The notes beneath the pieces are model-generated. The model saw only the letters and a list, made by a program, of their open reading frames with translations. It made no database searches and was not told the DNA's origin. The position numbers and the translations under genes are program-made. A stretch of 60,313 nt of DNA, the filler included, from Squatina squatina (Eukaryota): assembly GCA_031763465.1 (NCBI GenBank). It is 3 parts of 3 records of this genome, joined end to end, with 100 filler letters (N's around TTAATTAATTAA, not from the genome) between each part and the next. Parts side by side here need not be neighbours in the genome. Positions count along the whole stretch, not along the records: positions 34,521 to 60,313 come from JARFOE010000004.1; 2 more parts are not named here. One strand, given 5' to 3'. Of this stretch, positions 35,601 through 48,260 are shown piece by piece; position 1 is the first letter of the stretch; each line of letters opens with the position of its first letter.

Positions 35601-35669
35601 CTGGACATTCTTAAACTGGTTCATCCCTGGAATAAAGGAAAAGCATGAGAATTCTGGAAGCTGAGGTTG

Positions 35670-35800
35670 AGAACCTCTAACATGCTTAATAAATTTATAC
35701 ACCTGAATCAAATCCCCTCTTAGTCTATTCCTCTCCAGCAAATCGAAACTTAGATCTTCATAGCTCAATCTTCTTAGGCTGTGGAATATCCTTGTAAGCA
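35670..35800 (-). mobile_element. CR1 fragment
   Basis: LRRLSYEDLSFDLLERNRLRGDLIQVYKFIK. Confidence 0.7.
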
Positions 35801-36869
35801 AACGATCCTCCAAGACAACCCAACCAATGTAAAATGTACTATGGGTTCTTACAATGGCCAAAAAACCCAATCTCAAGACTGCGCAAGAGATAAAATTTGA
35901 GCAAATCCAAATCCAAACCACTATTGATGATTGTATAGCTACTTATGGAAAACGTATTTTCCAGTAACACATTTCTGAAACATGTGTGTAAATGCACATC
36001 CCTCATCTACAGCTCCATCGTTACATTATCACACTAATCTGTCAGAACATCATGCATACCTAACTTCCTAACTTTTGATGTTTGGACCCGATACACTCAG
36101 TTTTACATTGGTTACGTTTGGATATATGTTTGCTCAGGCCTGTGCTGCAATCCTTTTTTTTTGCCTTGCTTGCACCATTTATCAACACAGATTGCTTTGA
36201 AATGTATGGAGTGTATTTCAATGCTGGAGTCCAGAAAAAGGCAAATTCAGAAAGAACTGATGTCACATTCAGTTAGTCGGTTTTCTCACTCTTGATGTAC
36301 TTTCTGGCTGAGTTTTTAAAGGAATGGAATTGTTTTCATTGGGAAGTGAAATGGAGGGATTCCTGCTGTGGTGCTGCACATACATAGCACTCAGTGGGAA
36401 AATTAAACTGATTGAAAGATTTGATTTTAAATGTAGCAACGTGCTAAAAGCAAAAGCACGCATCTATACTGGATAAATATACAGTGGATTTATTTTAGAA
36501 TGAAATGTTAATCTGGTGTTGTATGACTTTCTTTTGTACTGTGTCTAGTACTGCACTTTAAATCTCTATGAGCATCACCATTAGCACTGGGGCACACTGC
36601 AAAAATAGAGTCTCGACATCGAAGTTCACAATGCAGCATTATAAATAAATTCAGCCTTGGACAATTTACAAAATGCAAATGACAATAATCTTCAAAGAAT
36701 GTTGGCACCATGTGGCAAAGTTGGATTTTCCTCTTTTGTGTAATGAGGTCCATATTATAAACATTCTTGTAATAATTCTGTGAGTTAGGTTAATGTTTTG
36801 TAATTTTAGTCAAATTGCCATATGATTGCAAAACAATGAGCATTAGCAGACTTTCCATGGAACAGCTCA

Positions 36870-37107
36870 CAGTGTTTGCTAGTACTGTTGGGGAGGGGTT
36901 AAATTAGAACGGCAGGGGGATGGGAACCTGAGCAGGGAGACAGAGGAGAGGGAAACAAGGACAGAAATGAAAGTCAGGAAAGTAGAAAGTAAAAGAGGAA
37001 GGCAGGGGAAACAAGGGCGAGAAGCAAATAGGGCCAGAGCACAAAAAAAAGTTAAGATGTTTAAGAATGTTAAAAAGACAAGCCTAAAGGCATTGTATCT
37101 TAATGCA
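36870..37107 (+). mobile_element. CR1 ORF1 end / ORF2 start
   Basis: FASTVGEGLN* (ORF1 end), a purine-rich spacer, then KTSLKALYLNA (endonuclease first motif) before the gap. Confidence 0.75.
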
Positions 37108-38212
37108 NNNNNNNNNNNNNNNNNNNNNNNNNNNNNNNNNNNNNNNNNNNNNNNNNNNNNNNNNNNNNNNNNNNNNNNNNNNNNNNNNNNNNNNNNNNNN
37201 NNNNNNNTTTAGATTTTATGACCTTCCTCTGTAAGGAAGTGCTTTTTTGATGAGGGAGGGAGGGGAAAGATATTAAAAATGCCTAAAGGAAGATTTATTA
37301 CATTTGTCAAGGAAAGGTACGCAGAGAAATCCATCCCCAACAGTTAAAGTTGTATTATACATGATGCCTTTCTCTTCAAAAACTGAGGTGTGACAACTTG
37401 AAGTGCTGCTGTCTGTCACTAGGTGATGTACTCAGCACCATGTCTACCAGGCAAGTGTTCCATATAATAGCAGGCCAGCTATTCACACTTCAGAAGATTT
37501 CTGCGTATTAAGCCTATATCGAGTTAACAATCTTGTAAGTGATTTATCACATGCTTAGTGATTTCTGTTTTTAGTTCAACACCTGTGAAAGTGATTTTCA
37601 TGTCAAATATACAAAGAATGGATAAAGTTTCCGCTGATGATCATGTCCTCCAGTCAGGAGGTAAGCTCCAGGAGATGGTAAGATCAAACAGTGACAGGAA
37701 ACATGGGTGTAATATTAATAAACACCTGTCGGGACTTATACTACCTGTTGTCAAGTAAATGCCCCAGGAATATAATTAATCACCCAATATCTGACAAACC
37801 TTTATCCCAAATCCTATGTAGTGTGAACTACATCCCTCACGCATAAAACTGCTCAGTAATAAAGACACTTGAGACAGACGTTTAAATTCAAAACTTTATA
37901 TGGTCAATTACTTGAAGCAAACTTTTGTCTGTAATGTTTTTAGGATTTTTAAAATCCTTTTTTGTCTTAATATTGTCGTTACTTTAATATAATTGCTTGC
38001 TACTTACTTGTGTCATCTCTGCAGTGATAAAAGTTATGTTTGTTGTCGACAATATTTTAAAAAATCTATAATTGTTTAAATTAGATTTTAATAATTTTAT
38101 ACGGGCCACTCTTCTTTCGAATGGCAGTAGCAAAGCAAAGCAAATGTCAATATCTAAATCAGATACCCAGGCCAAAGCTTCCAGTGTAACAGCATGGATA
38201 TCTTGTAGAGTG

Positions 38213-38450
38213 CCTGTGAATTTCCTCTGAGGGCAGTGACAGGTCACTTACCCACCCTTGAGCTGACCGGTCGTGATTTTCACCTGTTCCCCTGAGCAGG
38301 CAGCAAGGACACCAGGCCACATCTTTACATATGCATGTCAGGTCCTGGTGACATCATCGAGACCAGACTGATATATTAAATCGGCGTCCTAACTGCGAAG
38401 CAGTAATGGACCAGGGCAAAAAGAAGCTCCAACAAATAAGTTTAATTTTT
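38213..38450 (+). mobile_element. Relative of the 30234 Harbinger-like element (non-coding 5' part)
   Basis: caggtcctggtgacatcatcgagacc is close to caggtctggtgacatcatcgatgac at ~30376. Confidence 0.45.
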
Positions 38451-41400
38451 TTTTTTAATAAGTATTTTAAATGATTTTATTTCAGTGGATGTACTCTTAT
38501 CCACAGAGGAGCAGTAGTGTCAGTACAAACCAATGATTCAAATAATTCTGTCCTGTTAACCACCGCTGCCTACTTTTTCTCCAGTGCCTTTTATCATAAT
38601 AAATGTCCCAATGCATTTCATACAGGAAAGAATGGACGGTGCAGTAGTTTTACAAAAAAGGAGTGTTGACTGCATGGCTAGAATGCTACATTGTGAGGAG
38701 GCTTCCAGCATTTCCCGTCTTTATTTCAGATTTCCAGCACCCGCAGTATTTTTCATTATTTTTTATATATTTCTTTGCACTGAAAAAACCCAAATCCAGC
38801 AGTAAACAGCTGTTCCACCATTTTTGATGTGCAGAAATTTATTTGTTACAAGAATTTTGTCATCTGTTTGAAGTGTGCAAGGAAGACACTTTTTTTTAAA
38901 GTTATTGCCATGTCTCTGAGGAGATCTTCTGCAAACTTCATTCCAAAGCTTTTCTGTGGAACTGAGCAACCCTTTCCACCCCGCCACCCCCCCCCCCCCC
39001 ACCCCCAAACATCTACAACATTGTGACCTCTGACTCACCATGAGCAATGTCACAGATGTGTTGGCAATATTTACCTCTTATGAATNNNNNNNNNNNNNNN
39101 NNNNNNNNNNNNNNNNNNNNNNNNNNNNNNNNNNNNNNNNNNNNNNNNNNNNNNNNNNNNNNNNNNNNNNNNNNNNNNNNNNNNNCCTATATCAGGACAA
39201 AGGAACAAAGTGGTTGCACCACCTTTTCTACAGTTTTGAAAGGATATAAGGAAAAGGTAGCATTCCACAAACCTCTGCAAATACCTGTAGGATTGAACCT
39301 CTTTGAATAGCTTTACTTCTGGTACCTAAAGTCCCCCACAGGTCTGAGTTGGAGGGTTTTCTCTCCTATCCTGTTTACACAGCCGGTAGGGATTCATTTT
39401 GCATCCTAGTAATGTGAATGAAATCCTTCTGCCGTGAATTACAGTGCATTTCCATGAAGCAAATCTGTTAAGATTCATAGTAGAGAACATCAATGCCGAT
39501 TCTGGTCTGCAAAGCACAATTAAGTAGATTTGCTGTTTAGTAAATTGTAGAGCCCTTGTTTAAAATGAGATGATCAAGGCTGCGGTAAGTATCATGGTAT
39601 CAAGTAACCTCCCACTAATCTTTGTAATAAGAACATTTCTCCAATATGAAATTGCAGGCACATTCTCTTAGTGCTGAGGCTAAGACCTGGATTGAAGCAA
39701 GAAAATAAATGATCAATTCTTTTGTCAAAGGTTAGATCAATAGCCTTGAGCAGGACTCGGGGACATGCTGATCAGTAGATGAAGAGGAATGAATAAAATG
39801 TGGAAACATGTGGATCTCCAGCAATAAGGGATGTCTCTTCCATGATCACTTCATCAGCAATTTATGAGAGGCCCACTTTTGCTGAAAATGAATGACGCTT
39901 TAGTTTTCCTGGATTCTTCCACAGAAAGAATTAGAATGAAGACAAAAAGCAATGGCCAGCCTGCCCTACCTCAACGCATACTGGACCTGATATTCAACTC
40001 AGTGGCACCAGGCTGTTTACACAACCAGAAATCAAAATACTTTGCTGTGGAGCAAAATTAAATCCACACGGGTGGGAGATTGCGCTCCGTAACAAAATCG
40101 AATTGGATAACTCGGCAATGTTTACATGGCCCCAACTAATTTGGAACAGCTGCAAATACTGCACAAAACGGAATTAGCTGCTGCCATGTAAACAGGGTAT
40201 TAGGGATGAGTGAAGTGAGTCCAATCTGAACAGAACAATATGACAACAAAACCCATGGAGGAGATGGTGGATTAATTTTGTAAAATAAAAGTTTAAAAAT
40301 TAACATAGAGGAAACCTACCTTTCCTTCAAAAGTTTCTAGAGCTGCCAAGAAAAGAATTCTATAACAGACCATAGCCACACAGTGCCTGTCTCAGTCTGC
40401 CTGCTACTAATATAGAAAGAGCTATGATACCTCTTGCACATACAGAATGGGGAATGTGAATCAACATTCGGAGGACTATTTCTGAATCTAAATCAATTTG
40501 AATCAGAAAATTTGGAAATTTTNNNNNNNNNNNNNNNNNNNNNNNNNNNNNNNNNNNNNNNNNNNNNNNNNNNNNNNNNNNNNNNNNNNNNNNNNNNNNN
40601 NNNNNNNNNNNNNNNNNNNNNNCTGCCACTTGTTGTGTGGGCTCAGACATTAGGACTACACGTCTGCTGGATTCCTTGGGCCTATACTCCAGCATGAGTC
40701 AGTGCCTTCAGGAGAAATGTCAGAATGTTGGAGGCACATAGTAGGAATATAATGTATTTTATATCACACCCAGGTGCAACAGTCATACATTATCCCCTGT
40801 AGGAATTAAATTTAGGACATACAAACATGATTTAAATATCAATAGTAGAAGATAAGTAAGTATGGTGAGTCAATATACATCTATGGCTTCAGTAGTGTTC
40901 CCTGACACAAACAATTGTTGATCAGCATTGACTTTGCAATGCCTGCTCTGAACCAGGTCAGCTCTTTGTAAGTCAGGACCAATAACATGGCTTGTTGATA
41001 AAGGAAGTGACATCATCTAGTGATGAGTAAAAAGAAAATGGCCTCTAATCTTCTATTTCGACCAGTTTCATAAAACCAGGAGGCTTAGCTGATCTTTGGC
41101 AAGTTTACACACCTGGGCAAGTTGTCATAACATAATTTTGTGGCGTTCTTTAGCCTAGACGGAGGGACGCTGCTATAATCTCTTCACCAAAACATGTCCA
41201 GTGCAAGAATGCTGGAAAACAACAGTCGAATTGGACCCACCACTAAAGGGAAGAGCTTATGTGCCACACACTTGTTAGCTACAATGCACTAATACAGACT
41301 GTTATTGAAGGACTATCAGCACAAATCCAGTGTTTACTTAGCAGCCTCTCTGTTCTATCCATTCAACAGTACCACACATGGTCTGTGAATGCAGCAGACA

Positions 41401-42339
41401 GCTCCTTCAGGCATTTGGGGCTACCCTCCACGTGGGAGACTAACTACAGGGAAGCCAAGCAGGTGATCCAGCTAATTCCCTTCTGATTGAAAGTCGTGTT
41501 GTTCATTCCCTTGACCTAATGAATCCTTAATAGGAGCTGAATCACAAACCCATAGTCTGAACTGTGAGAGACAACAAGCTAAAGCCTGGTGACAAAGGGA
41601 CTGATCCCTTCGATGTTGGCCTGGTCACTTGGGGATAAGAAAGCTGCTGGTGGCTTTGAAAAAAATGTTTCTGACTGACTAGTAGAAACCAAAAAAGCTT
41701 CCAGTATTCACGGGGAAGGCTTCAGTAATTATGAGTTACTCCCAGCCCATTAATGAGCTATAAAAACAATACATCACATCTTAGCTAAGCATCTTTCACA
41801 TGAGCTGTAACCTAAAATGCACCATTACTCCTTCTTTAAGAAACTCAAGACCTGGTTACAAATTGATGTTCTCTTCACTGAGTGCACCTCCTTTTTGAAC
41901 TAAGCCTTTTTTCCCTTTATTTCCTCAAGTTTCTCCCATCCTTCATATTAAGATACAATTCTGTAAGTGCCAGCATCTCACTGGTAACATAATATTTTTC
42001 AATTGTGAGTCTAGAAAGTGAATGTCCACAGAATATTCAGCTGTGGAGGATATCAAAGTCAAGACATCTGCATATGCACACTCTCCAGCAGGAATCATCA
42101 GATAGTATCAATATGGTTGATTTTTCGATCCTACATAGCCCAGAGACAGTGAATTGTAGCAGCACAACATCTGCCCTGGCTGAGATCACGGTTTGGAAAT
42201 TACTTCTGGTCTGTGTGACTTCACACAGTGCATTTACCTGCTAAGCCATCAGAGGAGCTGTACAGCATTGAATTAACAATGGGATGTAATGCATAAAAGT
42301 CACCCACACTCATGGATTTTCTCTGTATCTTTCATGTAG

Positions 42340-42466
42340 CTTTGTGGCTGGAGTGATCAAACAAGAACGGTTTCCTGCTTTTGAAAGATTACTATGGAGG
42401 GTGTGTCATGGAAATATGGTCTTACGTCATGTAGAAATCAATGTCCCAGCCGAGGATCCTATGGCT
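42340..42466 (+). CDS. V-type proton ATPase V0 subunit a (ATP6V0A1/ATP6V0A4-like) internal exon, N-terminal cytoplasmic domain
   Basis: ctctgtatctttcatgtag|C TTT...ATG GCT|gtaaga, 127 bp; FVAGVIKQERFPAFERLLWRVCHGNMVLRHVEINVPAEDPMA versus recalled human a1 [42 protein letters not shown] and a4 [42 protein letters not shown]; not in the ORF track. Confidence 0.9.
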
Positions 42467-42534
42467 GTAAGAAAAACATTTTGTGCTTGCAATATTGACT
42501 AATTTGGGTGATTTCTTGATTCAGCACCCTTGTA

Positions 42535-42895
42535 GGTAGCTGTCATGTAAGTCGCGGAGGGAGGCTTCGTGGGTGGGAGGATACTGAGGCCGCAGCGGTC
42601 CAAACTTCCCTTGTGGGGCCCAGAGGAGCACTTATCTTAAAGGGCCTCTGCTGGGTGTCAGCCAGATTTTACTAAGAAGGGTGTGCTCCGCTCAGTAGTC
42701 TGTTAGAATAGCTTTGGTTACTTAGCTAGGATCTCAATTTGCATATACTTATGAAGCTCTTGCCTGAGTCAGGTGGGTGCTTCAGCTGCCCAAGAAAAAA
42801 GCAACATTAAAATGGGTGCAGAGTAGCAAATGAGCAGTAATGCTTGTGTTGTAATTGCCCTTCTTTGCCAGGTGGAGTTAGTTGAAATTCTCCCA
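42535..42895. mobile_element. GC-rich non-autonomous DNA-transposon-like fragment
   Basis: Ends gttgaaattctccc; its reverse complement resembles the gggaattttaac start at ~58204. Confidence 0.4.
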
Positions 42896-42899
42896 AGAG

Positions 42900-43090
42900 G
42901 GTCATTAGATTTTGAAATGCTTCACCACAAGTGGCCATTGGGAAGAGACTGTAACATCATTTAAAACAGAATTGGATAAGCATTTGACAAAGAGGAACAT
43001 AAAAAGATATGGAGAAAGGGCAGGAATTAGAATAGACAGCTTCAATTGAGGCTAGCATTGGCGCAGGAACAATGGGCTGAAGAGAAGTAC
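42900..43090 (+). mobile_element. Decayed CR1 3' end
   Basis: tggaaagagactgtaacatcatttaaaacagaattggataagcatttg...aaaagatatggagaaagggcagg...caatgggctgaa-like CR1 terminus. Confidence 0.55.
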
Positions 43091-43633
43091 AGTCTCCTTC
43101 TGAAATGTGATTTCAGTGACCACTTTTAGTGGAAACAGGGGAAAAAAAGCCCAGTTTTCACCATTCATTTAAATATGAATTCTCTGAGCACAGAAAGCAC
43201 ATTAACAGAGCGCACGAGATCTTTTTGCTGGTGTCAAAGACTGTCATACCCATGGAGCTTGTGGTGGATGAACCTGTCAAATTCCCCAATGAACTTGTGC
43301 AAAGCACTGTCACTGGTGTGAGACCCCAGACTTATGCATTTTGAGACAATATTGGCAGAGCTATTTTTAAAAAAGTGGTTGAATACTAGCACTGGACTCT
43401 GAAACAATTACATGTGCTTCAAAGAGGGCCCTTAGGCATGTTCCTTGTTTGCTTGATTATTGTGCAAAAGAATTGAAAAATGAGTTGACTTAGGCTTTGT
43501 AAGTGTTTTGTAAGCATTAAATCAAAAGCCTTGCCTGCTGTTGTCAACAATGGCACTCAAACATCAACAGCCAGGTTACTATAAATCAGTGGAAATTTAC
43601 ACTTGTGGCAATACCACTAACATTTAATCTATA

Positions 43634-43814
43634 ACATTATCACTCTGCTGTTTGTGGGACATTGCTGTGTGCAAATTGGCTGCCACGCTTCTTACATTAC
43701 AACAGTGACTACGCTTCAAAACTACTTAATTGGTTGTAAAGCCCTTTGAGACATCCTGAGGTTGTGAAAGGCAATAGATAAATGCATGTATGTAAGTCTG
43801 TCTGTCTTTCTTTC
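43634..43814 (+). mobile_element. DeuSINE/SacSINE1-like 3' half
   Basis: cattatcactctgctgtttgtgggacattgctgtgtgcaaattggctgcc...gaggttgtgaaaggcaatagataaatgca...ctttctttc; reverse copy at 54957-55110. Confidence 0.75.
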
Positions 43815-46494
43815 ATTCGTAATAATACAGAAAATATTTATAATCGTATTGAGTAAAAATGGAGAATGATTGGCTTTTGGTTATCATATCCACACTAGTA
43901 CTAAAANNNNNNNNNNNNNNNNNNNNNNNNNNNNNNNNNNNNNNNNNNNNNNNNNNNNNNNNNNNNNNNNNNNNNNNNNNNNNNNNNNNNNNNNNNNNNN
44001 NNNNNNATTGAATGAAGCTCTGCTCTATTTCAGTTGGTGTATGAGATGGATCACCTCCTATTACCAGAGGTCTTCCTTCACAGAGGAAATAAAACCGTCT
44101 GGATTTGACCTGTCCTGCCGAAGAACACCTCCTACTGATTGTCCTTGGCCAACACAAGCGCCTGCCTTGGAGAAATCCATGATTGAGGCTATCGTGCCTC
44201 TGTCAGCAAGACAATAGGCAGCAGCAGTTGTGGAGCTAAAAGGGAAAAAGGCTGAAAAAAAAATTATTTTAAAAACAAAGTAATTTAAATGTCTGTTTAC
44301 TTTCCACGTCAGTGTGAATATTGATGGTAACCTATTCTGCATTGCATTTCCTTTATACCTTACTCAAACATTCTATTGGGTTGCGACTGCAGGAATGATA
44401 CCCAACCTATGTTACCAGACTGTCTGTTATAAAGCTGCTGGACCTCCGCCTTATTACGTTACGTTTGATGTCATGCTATTCATTACAGCAGGCAACCCGG
44501 CATAAAACACAACGAGCTTAGCTCCAGAGGCTTTGTTATAATATGGGTGGGGTATCTTTTGTCAAATTTAATCTTCCAGTGCTACAAATTACACTGAATA
44601 TAAAATATGTTTAAAAAAGACCCCAGATTGTTCTGAAACTCATCAAAAGGTTTTCAAAGTAATATGCACCTAAAATGTTCAAATAAAAACAGAAATGGGA
44701 ATTCTGGAAACACACAGCAGGTCAGCCAGCATCTGGAGAGAGATAAAGATGCTGAGCATTTGCAGTTTACAAATAAGTGTACTGTTGAACTAAAATTTGT
44801 TTNNNNNNNNNNNNNNNNNNNNNNNNNNNNNNNNNNNNNNNNNNNNNNNNNNNNNNNNNNNNNNNNNNNNNNNNNNNNNNNNNNNNNNNNNNNNNNNNNN
44901 NNNNNNNNNNNNNNNNNNNNNNNNNNNNNNNNNNNNNNNNNNNNNNNNNNNNNNNNNNNNNNNNNNNNNNNNNNNNNNNNNNNNNNNNNNNNNNNNNNNN
45001 NNNNNNNNNNNNNNNNNNNNNNNNNNNNNNNNNNNNNNNNNNNNNNNNNNNNNNNNNNNNNNNNNNNNNNNNNNNNNNNNNNNNNNNNNNNNNNNNNNNN
45101 NNNNNNNNNNNNNNNNNNNNNNNNNNNNNNNNNNNNNNNNNNNNNNNNNNNNNNNNNNNNNNNNNNNNNNNNNNNNNNNNNNNNNNNNNNNNNNNNNNNN
45201 NNNNNNNNNNNNNNNNNNNNNNNNNNNNNNNNNNNNNNNNNNNNNNNNNNNNNNNNNNNNNNNNNNNNNNNNNNNNNNNNNNNNNNNNNNNNNNNNNNNN
45301 NNNNNNNNNNNNNNNNNNNNNNNNNNNNNNNNNNNNNNNNNNNNNNNNNNNNNNNNNNNNNNNNNNNNNNNNNNNNNNNNNNNNNNNNNNNNNNNNNNNN
45401 NNNNNNNNNNNNNNNNNNNNNNNNNNNNNNATGGCTCTGCCATTTGAGAAAAGCGGATGTACAACAAGTAAAAATCGGTCATATAATTAATCTCTGGGAC
45501 ACAACAAACTTGAAGTTTTGATGTAACAGAAGCTAGTATTACTCAAAACAACTAGCCAGCAAAAATACCTGGTTTCAATTTCTGTTTGCGGATAGGATTC
45601 TTTATGGAATAGGCCCAGGGGCAAGTTTACAGCTTCCTCTTGTGACCAAAGGTTTTTGCTAAGATTTTATAAATGATTTTTTTTTTACACAATGCACCCA
45701 AGGCCAATCCCCACTTTTCATGAAGACTTCAGCATTTGCTATGTTGTCTTTCATCTTCTATTGATGTTGCTTAGTAATGGCCATACTGAGTGTGGCAGAC
45801 TAAAGAGCATTACACTGAAGTTGTAACTCAAAGGTCGGATCTTTCTCTGTCTTTGAGAAGAAAGTCATTGAAATAAATATCCCCTTAATACTGTACACCG
45901 GTAATAAATCATAAAGTCATGGTAATTAAAATCATCTGGTAGAATGCTTAAGAAAAGACCTGTGTCAGTCACGGTGCCTATATGAATTTTACTGTTTGTT
46001 TTGTAAGTGACCCATGCAAATAATTTTACAGCTAATTATCTGTATCTTTAATAAAATGTAGTTTGTAAACCATTTGTCCAATAAATTTTCATTTGATTTA
46101 AAAAACAAATTTGTCCTGTTTTGTAAAACTAAAAAAAACTGAACCAAACCCAACGGTATCTTTTCTATTAGCAAGTGGTTACAAATTTCCCCCACATTCA
46201 ATTCAGACAGCAAAATAAGACTGGCGAGCTAATATGTCTTACTGTGGAGCAGTGGGACATAACGGGTATGTGTCTGTGATTAGATACGCAGTCATTTTCC
46301 CATTTTAGCCATGTTGGCGAGGTCCGGTGCCTCCCTTGGGCAGACGTGTCACCCTGAATGTTTCTGCTTTCTGGAAGCTGACTCTAAAATAACATTGACA
46401 GTCACCCCTGGAACAGGTTGCCTGCCTGTTTTCTAGTCTAGTGAGTTGCAGGAGTAAATGTAAAACTTAAAAGAAGAAAATTGTGTGTAACTTT

Positions 46495-46811
46495 CACAGT
46501 CCGTAAGTGGGACCCCAAGTTTCCAGTCGCCTGTCACTTTAATTCTCCACTCCACTCCCACTCTGACCTCTCTGTCCTTGGCCTCTTACACTGTTCCAAT
46601 GAAGCTCAATGTAAGCTCGACGAACAGCACCTTGTCTTTCGATTAGGCACTTTACAGCCTTCTGGACTCAACATCGAGTTCAACAATTTCAGACCATAAC
46701 CTCTGCCGCTATTTTATGTATTTATTTTATTTTTCTCTTTTTTTCTCTCTTTCACATGGCAGCTGTTGATGATTCTGCCATTTTCATTTACACCCTATCT
46801 AGACTCATCTT
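46495..46811 (+). mobile_element. Penelope-like retroelement, GIY-YIG endonuclease C-terminus and 3' region
   Basis: PVACHFNSPLHSHSDLSVLGLLHCSNEAQCKLDEQHLVFRLGTLQPSGLNIEFNNFRP*, matching the PLE pattern PVA.HFN...H...E..LIF.L.TL.P.GLN. Confidence 0.85.
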
Positions 46812-47777
46812 NNNNNNNNNNNNNNNNNNNNNNNNNNNNNNNNNNNNNNNNNNNNNNNNNNNNNNNNNNNNNNNNNNNNNNNNNNNNNNNNNNNNNNNNN
46901 NNNNNNNNNNNAAAGAAATTAGCATTTCATTCTTCCACTTACTCCTTCTTCGGAATGCTGGCTGGCAAAATGGTAAGAATAAAACAGTTATTGAAAAAGC
47001 TTGGAGATCAGACAAGCATGGCTGAGTCCAATGGAGAAATTTGATAAGGAAATAAGATGCTTTGTAGATCAGTCTGTAGTGATTAGCCTTTTGAACGCTT
47101 GAATTAATATACATGCAACAGGGGGGCCTATTGTACAGAGGCAGCTACCACTTATCTCTGTATTCTTCTTGCTAATGAGGAACATAATAGCTTGGCTGTT
47201 TACAAACTTATTTTAAAAGCTCTGTGCTGTACTTATGTTAATGTGGTGCAGCAAAACTTGAAATTGGTCCAGTCATTCTCCACAGAGGTATGCAAAGCTA
47301 CAAAGGGCTGTTTTATAACAACTCCCAGGAAAATGTTATAGTTCAGCAAACCTCTTTTTGTGGATGTGTGAGATCATACCTCACCCTTACCATTTGGTAT
47401 TTAACAATAGTAAAAATAAAGTGATTCTAGAAACAATGAAGAACAAAAACGGTTTGTACTGTTCAGTAAGGACAGTTTATATCAAAACAAAACTGAAATG
47501 GTGTCAAACAAGGGATGGATACTCACAGAGAACAAATGTGCATTAGGAATATCTGTTGAATTAATGGCACGTGAATGAAACTGAAAATTAGCAATGACAT
47601 GGAGGCCTTTTAACAGCAACGTTTGTTTCCTCATTGAAGTATTTATGCAGCAGTAGGGGCATTGCAATTGCCCTCACNNNNNNNNNNNNNNNNNNNNNNN
47701 NNNNNNNNNNNNNNNNNNNNNNNNNNNNNNNNNNNNNNNNNNNNNNNNNNNNNNNNNNNNNNNNNNNNNNNNNNNNN

Positions 47778-47858
47778 TTGAGCTCCCATCCTTGGTCACC
47801 CTGGAACCATGTCTCCGTGATCCCAACTATATCATAACCGTTAACAACTATCTGAAGT
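47778..47858 (-). mobile_element. CR1 endonuclease fragment
   Basis: LQIVVNGYDIVGITETWFQGDQGWEL. Confidence 0.8.
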
Positions 47859-48127
47859 CTGGTCACTGTTGTGATGTAAAAGGTGCTATATAAATATGTT
47901 CTTTCTTTTAGTGACATCTAGTAATAATCAAGTACTGCAACTGCTTGGATCTTAGTCTAACTGGAAGTGCAACTGTACATTGAAGATTTCACCCAGACTT
48001 CAAGGGAGCTTCAGCTCCCCATGTGCACTTGTGTCCTCCGGCTCATCATGATTTACCCTTTCCTCCACTTGCAAGGGTTTACATTAGAATAGTATTCTAT
48101 AGATGGTCGCATTCGCCTGATACTTCC

Positions 48128-48260
48128 GTAATAGCACTGTGGGAGCACCTTCACCACACGGACTGCAGTGGTTCAAGAAGGCAGCTCTCTGTCACCTTCT
48201 CAAGGGCAATAAATGCCGGCCTTACCAGCGACACCGACATCCCGGAACAAACAAAAAAAA
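48128..48260 (+). mobile_element. LINE-B 3' tail
   Basis: ggactgcagtggttcaagaaggcagct...caccttctcaagggcaataaatgccggccttaccagcgacaccgacatccc followed by an A-rich end. Confidence 0.75.

Noticed and set aside
42005-42244. Preceding ATP6V0A exon
   Set aside because: No acceptor/donor pair gives a convincing open phase-2 end, and there is no recognisable similarity.
44664-45521. 216-285 aa ORFs
   Set aside because: Almost entirely N (628-nt gap); the same applies to the many X-containing ORFs elsewhere.
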